A stretch of DNA of 64,000 bases from Dehalococcoidia bacterium (GCA_965116985.1 OZ220745.1:2691092-2755091); one strand, 5' to 3'. Positions 28,157 through 37,565 are shown, counted from the first letter of the stretch. Translations and numbers: made by a program. The notes: generated from the sequence alone by a model not told the origin.

Positions 28157-28825
28157 ATGAGTTACTCGTCTCAACTTAAGGAACGGTATGGGGAGGTGTG
28201 GGAGGCGTCAGTCAATCATGCGTTTGTGAAGAGGATCGGCGACGGGTCATTGCCGCTGGATAACTTCCGCTACTACATGCGGCAGGACTTTCTGTTCCTG
28301 GTGGATATGTGCCGGGCGATGGCCTCGGCGGTGGCGAAGGCAGACTCGCTGGAGGACATGCAGTATTTCTCGCAGGGCCTCGACGCCACGCTCAACACGG
28401 AGATGAGCCTGCACACCGGCTACTGCGAGCAGCTAGGGATTACGGAGCAGCAGCTTCGGCAGACAGAGGCGTCACCCTCGACGCTGGAGTACACGGGGCA
28501 CCTGATCAGGGTAGCGTCCCAGGGCGGCCCGGGCGAGATCGCCGCGGCTATGCTGCCGTGTTCGTGGACTTATGCCGAGATCGGACTGATGCTGTACGAC
28601 AGGGGCCTGCCTCAGGAGCAGCCGCTGTACTGGCCGTGGATCGAGATGTATGCGTCCGAGGAGTATGTGAAGTCGGCGGAGCGAATGAAGGCGTTCGTTG
28701 ACAGGTGCGGCGTTGACGCGGGAGCGGCGGAGCTTGCGAGGATGGACTCGGCGTTCGACCTGGGGCTCAGGTATGAGCACCTGTTCTGGGATGCGGCGCT
28801 AACGATGGAGGAGTGGAAGCTCTAG
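28157..28825 (+). CDS. tenA: thiaminase II / aminopyrimidine aminohydrolase (TenA family)
   Basis: VNHAFVKRIGDGSLPLDNFRYYMRQDFLFL...MLPCSWTYAEIG. GGGAGG lies 7 nt before ATG 28157. Confidence 0.85.
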   Translation: MSYSSQLKERYGEVWEASVNHAFVKRIGDGSLPLDNFRYYMRQDFLFLVDMCRAMASAVAKADSLEDMQYFSQGLDATLNTEMSLHTGYCEQLGITEQQLRQTEASPSTLEYTGHLIRVASQGGPGEIAAAMLPCSWTYAEIGLMLYDRGLPQEQPLYWPWIEMYASEEYVKSAERMKAFVDRCGVDAGAAELARMDSAFDLGLRYEHLFWDAALTMEEWKL

Positions 28826-28837
28826 CGAGCCGGCAAC

Positions 28838-29494
28838 TTAGCTTCCGGCTGGGGAGGCTGCCGGGGCCTCGACCATGTACACGCAGTGCGGGTTGCCATC
28901 GCGGATGCTGTCGTCGCGCTGCGGATCAATTCCCAGGAAGCTCTTGATCATGTGGGCGTCATACTCGCAGACGGCTTCGTGGTCCACGGCGACGGACCTG
29001 AAGGGACAGTTGAGCAGCTTGATGCTGACTTTGCCTTCGCTGCTCTCCACTTCCGGATGAAATCCGTCGACTCCAAGCTGAGATATGAGGCCGTCCAGCT
29101 TGGCTTCAAACGTCTTGTCCATGACCTCATTCCGGCGGTCTTCCGACACACGATCCGAGATGCGCCCGAAGACCAGGGCCAACACGTCGCTGCCGCTCAT
29201 GTCGCGCGTGTCTTCCGGCTCGAGGGATGAGACCTCGCCGATCATCATGCCGAGGAGCCTGTCGTACGCCTTCGGCATGGCCTCGTGACCGAGGTCGGTC
29301 AGACGGAACGAGTAGCCGGGACGGCCCGTGCCTTTGCGGACCTCATCGAAGGTAACGTGCCCGTCTCGCCTGAGGTTGTCGAGGTGCCTTCGGATCGTGG
29401 CAAAGGATAGCCCGAGCGATCCGGAGATGCCAGCTACGGTATCCTGTCCGGAGCGCTGCAAGTGTTGCAGTATTCGTAGCCGCGAACCTTGCAT
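28838..29494 (-). CDS. winged-helix (ArsR/DeoR-like) transcriptional regulator with a C-terminal sensor-like domain
   Basis: RLRILQHLQRSGQDTVAGISGSLGLSFATIRRHLDNLRRDGHV. Start moved to ATG 29494. Confidence 0.7.
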   Translation of the reverse strand: MQGSRLRILQHLQRSGQDTVAGISGSLGLSFATIRRHLDNLRRDGHVTFDEVRKGTGRPGYSFRLTDLGHEAMPKAYDRLLGMMIGEVSSLEPEDTRDMSGSDVLALVFGRISDRVSEDRRNEVMDKTFEAKLDGLISQLGVDGFHPEVESSEGKVSIKLLNCPFRSVAVDHEAVCEYDAHMIKSFLGIDPQRDDSIRDGNPHCVYMVEAPAASPAGS

Positions 29495-29637
29495 TAGAAC
29501 TGTGTCGCGCCCAGCAGTGGAGATTATGGTCAAGTATATTTTTGCGGCCAATTGATGTCAAACTGGCCGGCTGACGCCAACGTGTCAACTACAGGTCTGG
29601 GAGCCGTGCGGCGCGTAGGGTGACCTCGCCGTGAAGG

Positions 29638-30402
29638 CTAGCGGAACAGGTCGCGGGAGCGCTCGCGGATAAGGGGCGCAACGCCTGTTTCCGAGGCATC
29701 GAATGGGTAGCCTCTGACGACGGCGACTGGGATGTTGTCAGACTTGCCGCCCGCAAGTTCAGCAGCGGCTGCGAGCTCGTCGGCCGCGGCGATGCGGGTT
29801 ACCTTGATCTCCTTGCCCACGGCGTCTCTCGTGCCGATGTAGTCTTTGATCGGCTCGAGGCCGGCCACGCCAATGGCGAAGTCCACGTGACCCTCTCGCC
29901 AGGCGCGTCCGAAGGTATCGGAGACGATGACGGCGACGTCCGCGCCGCCTTCGGCGCTCCGGATTTCGTCTCGGATGGTCCGGGCCGATCGATCAGGGTC
30001 TGCGGGCAGTAGCGCGACCGTTTCATTGCCGTGGACGTTCGACGAATCGATGCCTGCGTTCGCACAAACGAGGCCGTGGTGCGTCTCGGTGATGAGCACG
30101 CCGCGATCAGCGTCCATGCGGACGACGGACCTGCTCTCCCGCAGCACGAGTTCGATGAGACGGGGGTCTCTGCCGGCAGGTCCCGCGAACGAGGTGGCGA
30201 ATTCTGAAGGGTTGATCGAATTGAGGTCGACGAGCCGCCCCTCCGACTTGGAGACAATCTTCTGCGTTACGACCAGAACGTCGCCGTCGCGGAGGGGCGT
30301 GCCCTGGGCTTCGGCCGAAGCCAGTATGGCCCCTGCCACGCTGTCGCCGGGGACGAACTCGGGCATACCTGTCAGGCCGAAGACCTCAATGCGCGGGTAC
30401 AA
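29638..30402 (-). CDS. cofE: coenzyme F420-0:L-glutamate ligase
   Basis: IEVFGLTGMPEFVPGDSVA...VVTQKIVSKSEGR...ANAGID.SN. Start proposed at TTG 30402, 5 nt after GGAGG. Confidence 0.8.
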   Translation of the reverse strand: MYPRIEVFGLTGMPEFVPGDSVAGAILASAEAQGTPLRDGDVLVVTQKIVSKSEGRLVDLNSINPSEFATSFAGPAGRDPRLIELVLRESRSVVRMDADRGVLITETHHGLVCANAGIDSSNVHGNETVALLPADPDRSARTIRDEIRSAEGGADVAVIVSDTFGRAWREGHVDFAIGVAGLEPIKDYIGTRDAVGKEIKVTRIAAADELAAAAELAGGKSDNIPVAVVRGYPFDASETGVAPLIRERSRDLFR

Positions 30403-30487
30403 TTGTGCCTCCAGCCGGGAAGTGGCCGAGTTATAGCACGGTCTTTTTTCGAGAGTCAACGAAAGGGCCGGCAATTCGCCGGGCTGT

Positions 30488-30910
30488 GTGCGGAGAATGG
30501 ACGTGTCCGACGATCGGATTCAACTGCGTGGAATGACGTTCTTTGCGTACCACGGCGTCAACGATTCCGAGAAGGAACAGGGACAGCGATTCGTGGTCGA
30601 TGTGGAGATGGTCAAGGATCTGAGGCGGCCGGGTCATACGGACGCCCTCGGCGACACCGTCGATTATTCTAGCGTGTTTCGGACGGTCAAGCGAGTGGTG
30701 GAGGGGGCGAGCCGCAACCTGATAGAGAGAGTGGCGGAAGAGGTGGCCCGCGCCATTCTGGCGGGTTACGAGGTCGAGTCCGTCAGGGTAGTGGTGAAGA
30801 AGCCGGACGTGCCGATTGAGCATGCGAATCTAGACTACGCGGCAGTTGAGATCGTTCGTACTCGATCAGACGGCGATATGGGCGGTTCGAACTTGGGGCG
30901 AAGGGAGTAA
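30488..30910 (+). CDS. folB: dihydroneopterin aldolase
   Basis: IQLRGMTFFAYHGVNDSEKEQGQRFVVDVEM. Start is ambiguous (GTG 30488, ATG 30497, or GTG 30503, which has GGAGA 6 nt upstream). Confidence 0.85.
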   Translation: MRRMDVSDDRIQLRGMTFFAYHGVNDSEKEQGQRFVVDVEMVKDLRRPGHTDALGDTVDYSSVFRTVKRVVEGASRNLIERVAEEVARAILAGYEVESVRVVVKKPDVPIEHANLDYAAVEIVRTRSDGDMGGSNLGRRE

Positions 30911-30915
30911 GGAGA

Positions 30916-31125
30916 ATGTGCAGGAGCATCAAGACTCTCAGAACCGGGGCAATGCCGGCGTCCGACGAGGATATTGAGGCGGCGGCGCTTCAGTACGTAC
31001 GAAAGATCAGCGGGTACCGTAAGCCATCGGCGGCCAATGCGGCTGTGTTTGATGCAGCAGTGCTCGAGGTGGCGGAGGCTTCGCGAAGGCTGTTGACTTC
31101 ACTGAAGTACCGGGCGAGAGTGTAG
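30916..31125 (+). CDS. DUF2277 domain-containing small protein
   Basis: MCRSIKTLR....SDEDIEAAALQYVRKISGYRKPS is typical of DUF2277. Confidence 0.7.
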   Translation: MCRSIKTLRTGAMPASDEDIEAAALQYVRKISGYRKPSAANAAVFDAAVLEVAEASRRLLTSLKYRARV

Positions 31126-31185
31126 GCGGCGGACAGAGGGGAGGCGACATGCGCAAGGCCCATTGGCAGCCGCGAAGGGTAGCCT

Positions 31186-31250
31186 GCGTAAGGCCCATTG
31201 ACGGGCCAAGGGCGAACGGACTTGGGGCGCGTGATTTGGCGGACTTGTGG
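31186..31250. repeat. degenerate solo A+D repeat unit (reverse orientation) between convergent genes
   Basis: GCGTAAGGCCCaTtGACgGGCcaAGGGCGAACGGACTTGGGGCGcgtgATTTGGCGGACTTGTGG aligns to the reverse complement of the 77-79-bp unit. Confidence 0.7.
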
Positions 31251-31259
31251 AAAGTGTCG

Positions 31260-31679
31260 TCAGTCGCGGCTTTGGATGACATCGCCGCTTAGGCCTGTGA
31301 TCCTGTTTACCTTGATCAGGATGGCGATGCCCACGCGGTCAGGGTCGCGGTCGAGTTCCGGCTGAACTACGCGCGCCATTACCTGCTCCCGGATATCGTC
31401 ATCGCGATGGACCGTGGCTGTTCCGAAAAACTTGAGCCGGACACCATGTTCGAAGCTGACGAGCATGGCGAGCGCCTGAGGGTTCTCCTCGATTTGCGAG
31501 AGGCCCCTCTGCTGCGTACGATCCCAGAAGGCGAGATGTTCGTCGTCGAAGGCCATGAAGGAGCCGCGGAAGCTCATGTTTGGTTCGCCCGAGGCAGAGG
31601 CGGTAGCGACGATCATCGGGATGTCGTATGTGTAAGCATTGTCTACGTGCTTCTTCATATCTTCGGTGAACTTGATCAT
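31260..31679 (-). CDS. pyridoxamine 5'-phosphate oxidase-fold (split beta-barrel) flavin/deazaflavin-binding protein
   Basis: IPMIVATASASGEPNMSFRGSFMAFDDEHLAFWD. GGAGGA precedes ATG 31679. Confidence 0.7.
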   Translation of the reverse strand: MIKFTEDMKKHVDNAYTYDIPMIVATASASGEPNMSFRGSFMAFDDEHLAFWDRTQQRGLSQIEENPQALAMLVSFEHGVRLKFFGTATVHRDDDIREQVMARVVQPELDRDPDRVGIAILIKVNRITGLSGDVIQSRD

Positions 31680-31905
31680 GCTTTCCTCCGGGGCCGGCTC
31701 CGGCTGGCGACGGCCTTTGTCTGCGGCCCAAGCCTTGGGTTCCTGTCTGGCATCCAATCGTACCGTCAAGAGCGGCGCTATTCCAGAATTAGTAACTGAT
31801 GCGCATTGCTTCTCGTCGATGAGCCTTATGTCCCGCGCCGCTCCTGGATAGCGGCGTTCGCAGGCAACAAGCGTGAGCGATGCCTCTGCAATGATCGAGC
31901 GGCTT

Positions 31906-32691
31906 CTAGCTTGGCGGGCGCCTCGCGGCCACCAGGATGCGGCGGTAGTCGGCGACCCAGCGTCCGTCCTGAAACAGCGCCGGTTTGAGGCGGGCCTCGA
32001 CTAAGCCGATAAACTCGGAGGCCTGCTCCGGGGTCAGGTCTTCGAAGTAATGGCGACCGAAGACCTTCAGCCAGTTCCGCAGGCCTGAGTCGCCGTCATC
32101 CAACTCGGTGGGGCGGTCAGCGGTGCGGGCGATCTTGACTTCAAGTCCGGCGTTGCTGAGTACGGCGGTGTAGTCGTCGTCGCCCGGGAAGTACCAGGGA
32201 TTTCGGCCGTTTTGAGGAGGGGCGCCGAGCGACTCCAGGGCATCCGTGGCCGCTGTGGTGATCGCCTCGATGTTGCCCTTCGCTCCGAACTCGGCGACGA
32301 AGCGGCCTCCGGGCCTCAGTGCCTCGCGAATGCGGAAGGCTGTCAGCTTGGGGTCGCCGACCCAGTGAAGCGTCGCGTTCGAAAAGACGGCGTCGAAGGG
32401 CTCCGAGGTGACGAACGTCCTGACATCTGAGCAGCGGAAGTCGATGTCCGGATAGTTTCGGCGCGCTTCGTCAACCATCTCCGGCGAGCTGTCGATGCCC
32501 AGGACGGTTGAGCCCGCCTTTGCGATCCGCGCAGTCAGATGGCCGGTGCCGGAGCCGAAGTCGAGAATGCGCTCGCCCGGCTTTGGGTCGAGCATGTCGA
32601 GAAGATGATCCGCGAGCCTCCACACGAAGCCGTGTTTGTCATCGTATGCTTCCGCGTCCCAAGACTCCGCGCTGACGATGGCCTCTGTCAT
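31906..32691 (-). CDS. class I SAM-dependent methyltransferase
   Basis: ILDFGSGTGHLT motif I, FDAVFSNATLHW. The ATG overlaps the stop of the upstream MFS gene (ATGA). Confidence 0.8.
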   Translation of the reverse strand: MTEAIVSAESWDAEAYDDKHGFVWRLADHLLDMLDPKPGERILDFGSGTGHLTARIAKAGSTVLGIDSSPEMVDEARRNYPDIDFRCSDVRTFVTSEPFDAVFSNATLHWVGDPKLTAFRIREALRPGGRFVAEFGAKGNIEAITTAATDALESLGAPPQNGRNPWYFPGDDDYTAVLSNAGLEVKIARTADRPTELDDGDSGLRNWLKVFGRHYFEDLTPEQASEFIGLVEARLKPALFQDGRWVADYRRILVAARRPPS

Positions 32692-33995
32692 TGCATTAGC
32701 CGGATCCGCTTCTGGGTCGCCAGGAACAGGAGCGAGCCAAAGAGCAGCGTGCCGCCAAGGATGGCCACGGTTATCCGACCGCCCAGAACTTCGGCCAGGT
32801 AGCCTGCCGGCAGGACGCCGAGTGGCATCAAGCCCATGGTGAGCATCGAGATGCTGGAGACGCGGCCACGGAACTTGTCTGTGGTGTGCTCCATGGTGAG
32901 CGTGCTGCTGAGAGCCCAGGTTACGCCTTCGCCCAGTCCAACCAGAATCATGATCCCCAAGGCGGCGTAGTAGATGGGAATGCCGGCGACCAGGAACAGG
33001 CCAATCGCGGTGAGGAAGCCGCCGCCGATCATAACCAGGCCCCTGTGCCAGCGGCCGGCGGTAGCGACAAACATGGATCCGACGAGGGCGCCCGCGCCGA
33101 GGAAGCCGAGCATCAGTCCCATCGCCTCAGCCTCCAGATCATAGATGTCCTTGATGAATACGGGAATAAGCGTATGGAAGGGCCAGCTTAGGAAGAAGCT
33201 CATGAAGCCCAAGACCATAAGGAGCAGCACCAGCCTGTTGTTCCAGACGTAGCCCAGGCCTTCCTTGATTTCCGTCATCACAGTGGCGCCCTCGCTCTCG
33301 CCGGTGGGCGGGACCGGCCTGACGAGTGTGGTGAAGATTACGGAGACCACCTTAAGTGAGGACAGGGTCAGGAATACCGCGCCCGGCCCGGCGAGCCCAT
33401 AGATGCCGCCGGCCAGAACCGGCGAGAGCAGGGTCATGGCGCTGAAGGCCGCGGTGTTAAGGGAGATTGCGTTGGTGAGTTGATCGGGACTGACCAGACG
33501 GGGAACTATGGCGAGGCGGGCGGGCATCATGAAGGCGAACAGACTGCCCTCTATGAGCGCCATGATCATGAGATGCGTCCATGTGATCGCGCCGGTGAGG
33601 ATCAGGAACGCGACGGTGAACCCCACGATGACCTCAAGAGATTGGGCGATTTGAATGATCGTTCGCTTGTCGAGGCGGTCGGCCAGGACGCCGCCGAACA
33701 GAGAGAAGAGCAGGGTCGGGAAGGCGAAGGAGGCCTCGACGATGCCGAGCCGCAAGGCCGAGCCTGTGAGGTCGTAGACGAGGTAGCCGATTGCGACGAG
33801 TTCCATCTCGACGCCCGCGGCCAGGAAGAGCATGCCGATCCAGATATAACGGAAGTCCTTGTTGGCCAGCGAGGCGAACGGCACGCGCCAGCCTCCTGAC
33901 TTAGGCGCCAAGTCCTCGGGCGCAATCGGCGGCGCCTCCGCCGAAAGAGGTACGTGCGCCAGGGGCGAGTCGACAGACTGCGAATGCTGGTCCAA
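32688..33995 (-). CDS. MFS transporter
   Basis: 12-TM-like hydrophobic pattern, GGVLADRLDKRT loop motif. Paralog of 34002-35333. TTG start. Confidence 0.85.
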   Translation of the reverse strand: MDQHSQSVDSPLAHVPLSAEAPPIAPEDLAPKSGGWRVPFASLANKDFRYIWIGMLFLAAGVEMELVAIGYLVYDLTGSALRLGIVEASFAFPTLLFSLFGGVLADRLDKRTIIQIAQSLEVIVGFTVAFLILTGAITWTHLMIMALIEGSLFAFMMPARLAIVPRLVSPDQLTNAISLNTAAFSAMTLLSPVLAGGIYGLAGPGAVFLTLSSLKVVSVIFTTLVRPVPPTGESEGATVMTEIKEGLGYVWNNRLVLLLMVLGFMSFFLSWPFHTLIPVFIKDIYDLEAEAMGLMLGFLGAGALVGSMFVATAGRWHRGLVMIGGGFLTAIGLFLVAGIPIYYAALGIMILVGLGEGVTWALSSTLTMEHTTDKFRGRVSSISMLTMGLMPLGVLPAGYLAEVLGGRITVAILGGTLLFGSLLFLATQKRIRLMQ

Positions 33996-34001
33996 GCTCG
34001 G

Positions 34002-35333
34002 CTATTCCAGTCTGCGGACTTGCTTCTGCGTGATGAGCACCAATGTGGCTATCAAGGCAAGAAGTCCGGCCAGGAATCCGATTGTCGCCTGGCCTCCGAA
34101 GTACTCGATTGCGTATCCGGCCGGCAGCACGGCGAGTGGCATGAGGCCGAAGTTCATCATGAACACGCTGGAGACCCGGCCACGGTACTGGTCATCGACG
34201 TTCTCCATGATCAGCGTCATGCTGATTGTCCAGCGGGTGGCTTCGCCGAGGCCCATGATTATCATGATGCCGGCAGCAGCGTAGTAGACGGGGATTGCGG
34301 CAACCATCGCCAGGCCTATGGCGGTAACGAAGCTGCCCAGGATGAGCAGCATGCCGCGTTTCCACCTTCCAAGCTGAGCGATCACCAGCGCACCGATCAG
34401 CGAACCGAGGCCCATGAGGCTGATGAGCAGGCCCATCGCGTCGGCTTCCCTCTCGTATATGTCCACCACAAAGACGGGCATCAGCGCGCGGAAGGGCCAG
34501 CTCAGCAGGGTCGCCATGAGACCGACCGCGAGCAGGACCAGGATAAGCCGGTTCCGGAGCAGGTAGCGCAGACCGTCCATGATGTCGACAGCCACGGTCC
34601 CGGCGGTCGCCCTGGCGTCCGTCGGCCTTGGCGGGACGGGCCGGACCATCGTCGTGAACGTGACTGCCAGGACATGGAGCGAGGCGATAACGACGTACAC
34701 GCCCCCGGGCCCGAGCCAGGCGTAGAGGAATCCCGCTAAGGCGGGTGCGACCAGCGTCATGGAAGAGAACGCGGCGGAGTTGATGGCCATCGCGTTTGTG
34801 AATTCGTCCCTGCTTACGAGCTGAGGGATGATCGCCTGGCGGGCGGGCATCATGAAGGCGAAGAGGCTACCTTCAATGAGGGCCATGAAAAAGAGGTGCT
34901 GCCAGGTCACGGTCTCGGTGAAGATGGAGACGGCGATGAATGTGGACGCCCCCAGCTGAATTACCTGGCACAGCTGGATAACGCGCCTGCGGTCGATCCT
35001 GTCGGCAAGCGCGCCGCCGAAGAGAGCCAGGCCGAGCGTTGGAATTGCGAAGCCGGTCTCGACGAGGCCGAGCAGGCGTGCGTCGTTTGTGATGTCGTAG
35101 ACCAGGTAGCCGATGGCGAGCATCTCCATCTGAACACCGCCCATCATTGCCAGCATTCCCAACCACAGGTATCTGAAGTCCCTGTTCGCAAGGGACGAGA
35201 AGGTCCTGAGCATGGGGTGACGCCAGAAGGAGGAGGGGCGCGCGGGAATGTCCGTGGCCTGGGCTGCCGAAGCGGCTGCCGGCGGGGCCTGGACGGCTAC
35301 GGTCTGATCTGGTTGCTGCTGATCATTGGCCAT
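34002..35333 (-). CDS. MFS transporter
   Basis: Same architecture and the shared motif FRYLWLGML...GGALADRIDRRR. Tandem paralog. Confidence 0.85.
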   Translation of the reverse strand: MANDQQQPDQTVAVQAPPAAASAAQATDIPARPSSFWRHPMLRTFSSLANRDFRYLWLGMLAMMGGVQMEMLAIGYLVYDITNDARLLGLVETGFAIPTLGLALFGGALADRIDRRRVIQLCQVIQLGASTFIAVSIFTETVTWQHLFFMALIEGSLFAFMMPARQAIIPQLVSRDEFTNAMAINSAAFSSMTLVAPALAGFLYAWLGPGGVYVVIASLHVLAVTFTTMVRPVPPRPTDARATAGTVAVDIMDGLRYLLRNRLILVLLAVGLMATLLSWPFRALMPVFVVDIYEREADAMGLLISLMGLGSLIGALVIAQLGRWKRGMLLILGSFVTAIGLAMVAAIPVYYAAAGIMIIMGLGEATRWTISMTLIMENVDDQYRGRVSSVFMMNFGLMPLAVLPAGYAIEYFGGQATIGFLAGLLALIATLVLITQKQVRRLE

Positions 35334-35372
35334 ATATTAGGATCGCGCGCGGGCGATGAGCGATGAATTGAC

Positions 35373-35470
35373 GATAGAGGCGCGCAGGGCCTACGTCAAC
35401 GAATCTCGCCCTCAGATAGAGGCGCGCAGGGCCTACGTCAACGAATCTCGCCCTCAGATAGGGGCGAGAT
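35373..35470. repeat. perfect 42-bp tandem direct repeat (2 units plus a partial third)
   Basis: GATAGAGGCGCGCAGGGCCTACGTCAACGAATCTCGCCCTCA at 35373-35414 and 35415-35456. A third unit starts at 35457 and diverges. Confidence 0.9.
35446..35469 (-). terminator. candidate terminator hairpin after the M20 peptidase gene
   Basis: TCTCGCCC / GGGCGAGA 8-bp stem with an 8-nt loop. On the minus strand it is followed by TTCGTT, a weak U-tract. Confidence 0.35.
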
Positions 35471-35490
35471 GGGCAGGTGAATTCCGAGGG

Positions 35491-36849
35491 CTACTTGACG
35501 GCCAGGAGGTCTATGGCGAGGGCCAGCATGATCTTGGTTCCGGTCACGAGGCTGCGTATGCCGATGGACTCATCGGTGCCGTGGGCCCTGCTAAGCATAG
35601 GATCGTCGTCCGGATCGGAGCCTGAGAAGCCGTAGGTGATGGTGCCGAGCGGGCGCGTGAATCGGGAGTCTGTGAAGCCGGTGCTGACGGCAGGGACGAA
35701 GCGCACGTCCGGCCTGTCCGTGGCGAGCGCGGTGGCCTCCTGGATGCTGCCGGCGAAGTCTGTCTCGAAGTCCGAGGAGTTCGGAACTGCCATGTAGTCG
35801 ATCTCGTAGCTGACGCCGGGGATGCCGCTGAGGATCGTGTCCAGCTCTCCCCGCAGGTAGTCGTCGTCCTGATGGGGGAGAGTGCGAACGTCGCATGTCA
35901 GGCGGACGGACTCAGGGACGCTGTTGGACTTGATGCCGCCGCTGATCATGGTGGGGGTGAGCGTCATCCTGGAGAGCGCCCTCAGCATGGAGGCGAACCT
36001 GGGATTGTCCGGCTCGACCTCGGCGATGATGTCGTCCACGTTCTCTGCGGAAGGCCGGTGCTCGATGGCGAAGTTCGAAAGGTGCTGGAACAGGCTCGTG
36101 GATGTGTCGCGCTCGGGTTCGTAGGTTTCGATGCGCGAGAGGACCTGTGTCAGGCGGTACATGGCGTTGGTGCCCTGCCAGGGCACTGAGGCGTGGGAGC
36201 TCGTGCCGCGAACGTCGATTTCCACCTGGAGGCGGCCCTTTTCGCCGACGCCGAGGACGTACGTCAGGCCGCCGGCGGCCTCTATTGGGGTGCCGCCACC
36301 CTCGTTGACGGCGACGGGCGCGGCGATCAGGTCCGGATGGTGCTCGGCTAGCCAGCCGAAGCCGTAGCGGCCGCCGTGCTCTTCGTCTGCGCCGGACGTG
36401 AGGACGAGGCTGTCCTCAAGCTCGATGCCGTTGCGCTTCAGGAGGCGCATGGCGTAGAGCTGGGCGGAGAGGAGGCCCTTGCAGTCGGAGGCGCCGCGTC
36501 CGTATATGCGGCCATCGGCGATGGTTGCGCTGAAGGGCGGGAACCGCCATCTCTCCTCTTCCTCGACGGGGACGACGTCTGTGTGGGACATGAACATGAG
36601 GCCGTTCTTTCCGGAGCGGCCCGGGATGTTCGAGATGAGGTTGCCCCTGTTGGGAGCGGCCTCGAGGATTTGGCTCTCGATGCCGTCCTCGGCGAGCCAG
36701 TCTCGGGCGTACTCGCAGACCGGCGTCTCGTCGCCCGTCGGCATAAACCCGGTGTTGACGGAGGGGATGCGGACTAGCGCCTGGTGCAGCGCGATGATCT
36801 CCTCTTCTTCGCGGTCAACCTGGGCGAATAGGTCAGCGAGTTCAGTCAT
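35491..36849 (-). CDS. M20 family metallopeptidase (ArgE/DapE/acetylornithine deacetylase-like)
   Basis: MSHTDVVP, GRGASDCKG, GADEEHGG. GGAGG precedes ATG 36849. Confidence 0.85.
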   Translation of the reverse strand: MTELADLFAQVDREEEEIIALHQALVRIPSVNTGFMPTGDETPVCEYARDWLAEDGIESQILEAAPNRGNLISNIPGRSGKNGLMFMSHTDVVPVEEEERWRFPPFSATIADGRIYGRGASDCKGLLSAQLYAMRLLKRNGIELEDSLVLTSGADEEHGGRYGFGWLAEHHPDLIAAPVAVNEGGGTPIEAAGGLTYVLGVGEKGRLQVEIDVRGTSSHASVPWQGTNAMYRLTQVLSRIETYEPERDTSTSLFQHLSNFAIEHRPSAENVDDIIAEVEPDNPRFASMLRALSRMTLTPTMISGGIKSNSVPESVRLTCDVRTLPHQDDDYLRGELDTILSGIPGVSYEIDYMAVPNSSDFETDFAGSIQEATALATDRPDVRFVPAVSTGFTDSRFTRPLGTITYGFSGSDPDDDPMLSRAHGTDESIGIRSLVTGTKIMLALAIDLLAVK

Positions 36850-37066
36850 TGGTGCCTCCGTGTTGGCGTCCGCGTGAGGCCGGCGCGGTCGACACTGTAG
36901 CAAAGCAAGAGCGCGAGTTGCCAGACGAGCCGGCGCAGGTCTGAATTCCCGGGCTCCGCCGCCGGAGAAAAATGAAAGAGGTGTGACATTCCGGGACTCT
37001 TGGGACATTTCGTAGCTGGAGCGCTGCCGTGCGCGTCACCGTATTGACCCGAAAGTACTACTGGAA

Positions 37067-37115
37067 TGTCCCGAAACTGTCCCAAAAACGTGCGATTCTG
37101 TCCCAAACCTGTCCT
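37067..37115 (+). promoter_or_regulatory. four helically phased direct TGTCCC(A) repeats, a candidate protein-binding array
   Basis: TGTCCC at 37067, 37078 and 37099, and TGTCCT at 37110 (spacings 11, 21, 11). Inverted copies GGGACA at 37002 and GGGACT at 36993. Confidence 0.4.
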
Positions 37116-37264
37116 AGCTGAGAGGCTTGGGCATCCCCGCCGCGCGTGGGTGCGTCCGAGGTGTAATTTGTCGTTCATACAGCCATAATAGCACACTCGT
37201 TCGCTGAGTGGAAGTGGCGGGCGGCATGGACTGCCGTATGGGTGTAGTGGCGCACGCCGTGACG

Positions 37265-37289
37265 TCTGAGATCTCTCGAGAGACTCAGA
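37265..37289. other. 25-nt near-perfect palindrome
   Basis: TCTGAG(a)TCTCTC|GAGAGACTCAGA, 12 bp per arm with one bulged A. Confidence 0.6.
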
Positions 37290-37565
37290 ATTGTAGATGT
37301 CGGGGGAGGTTGGCGGCTGGCGCAAGTGCCTTCGACTAGCCCCTTCGGCAAGATCAGGACGGCGTCAAGGCGAACAGGTTGGGGCAAGCGATGCCGGACA
37401 AAGGGATCTTCCGCAGAACCGGCAACGGGGAGGGTGAAGAGTGTGGCTGTGGGCGTGGTCTGGCTCCCGGCGGTCTGATGTTGGCAGTTCTCATGGAACG
37501 ATTTTGGGGGACGGCGCATATTATCTAGTGAAGCTTTATCCGGGGACGGCCTCGAGGTCTGAACT

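Noticed and set aside
30875-30900. tRNA-like GGTTCGAA T-loop motif
   Set aside because: It lies inside the folB coding frame and has no acceptor, D or anticodon arm context. No tRNA was found anywhere in the window.
35356-35625. 89-aa ORF reading through the 42-bp tandem repeat
   Set aside because: Its repeated peptide simply mirrors the DNA duplication. It overlaps the M20 gene 3' end and has no RBS.
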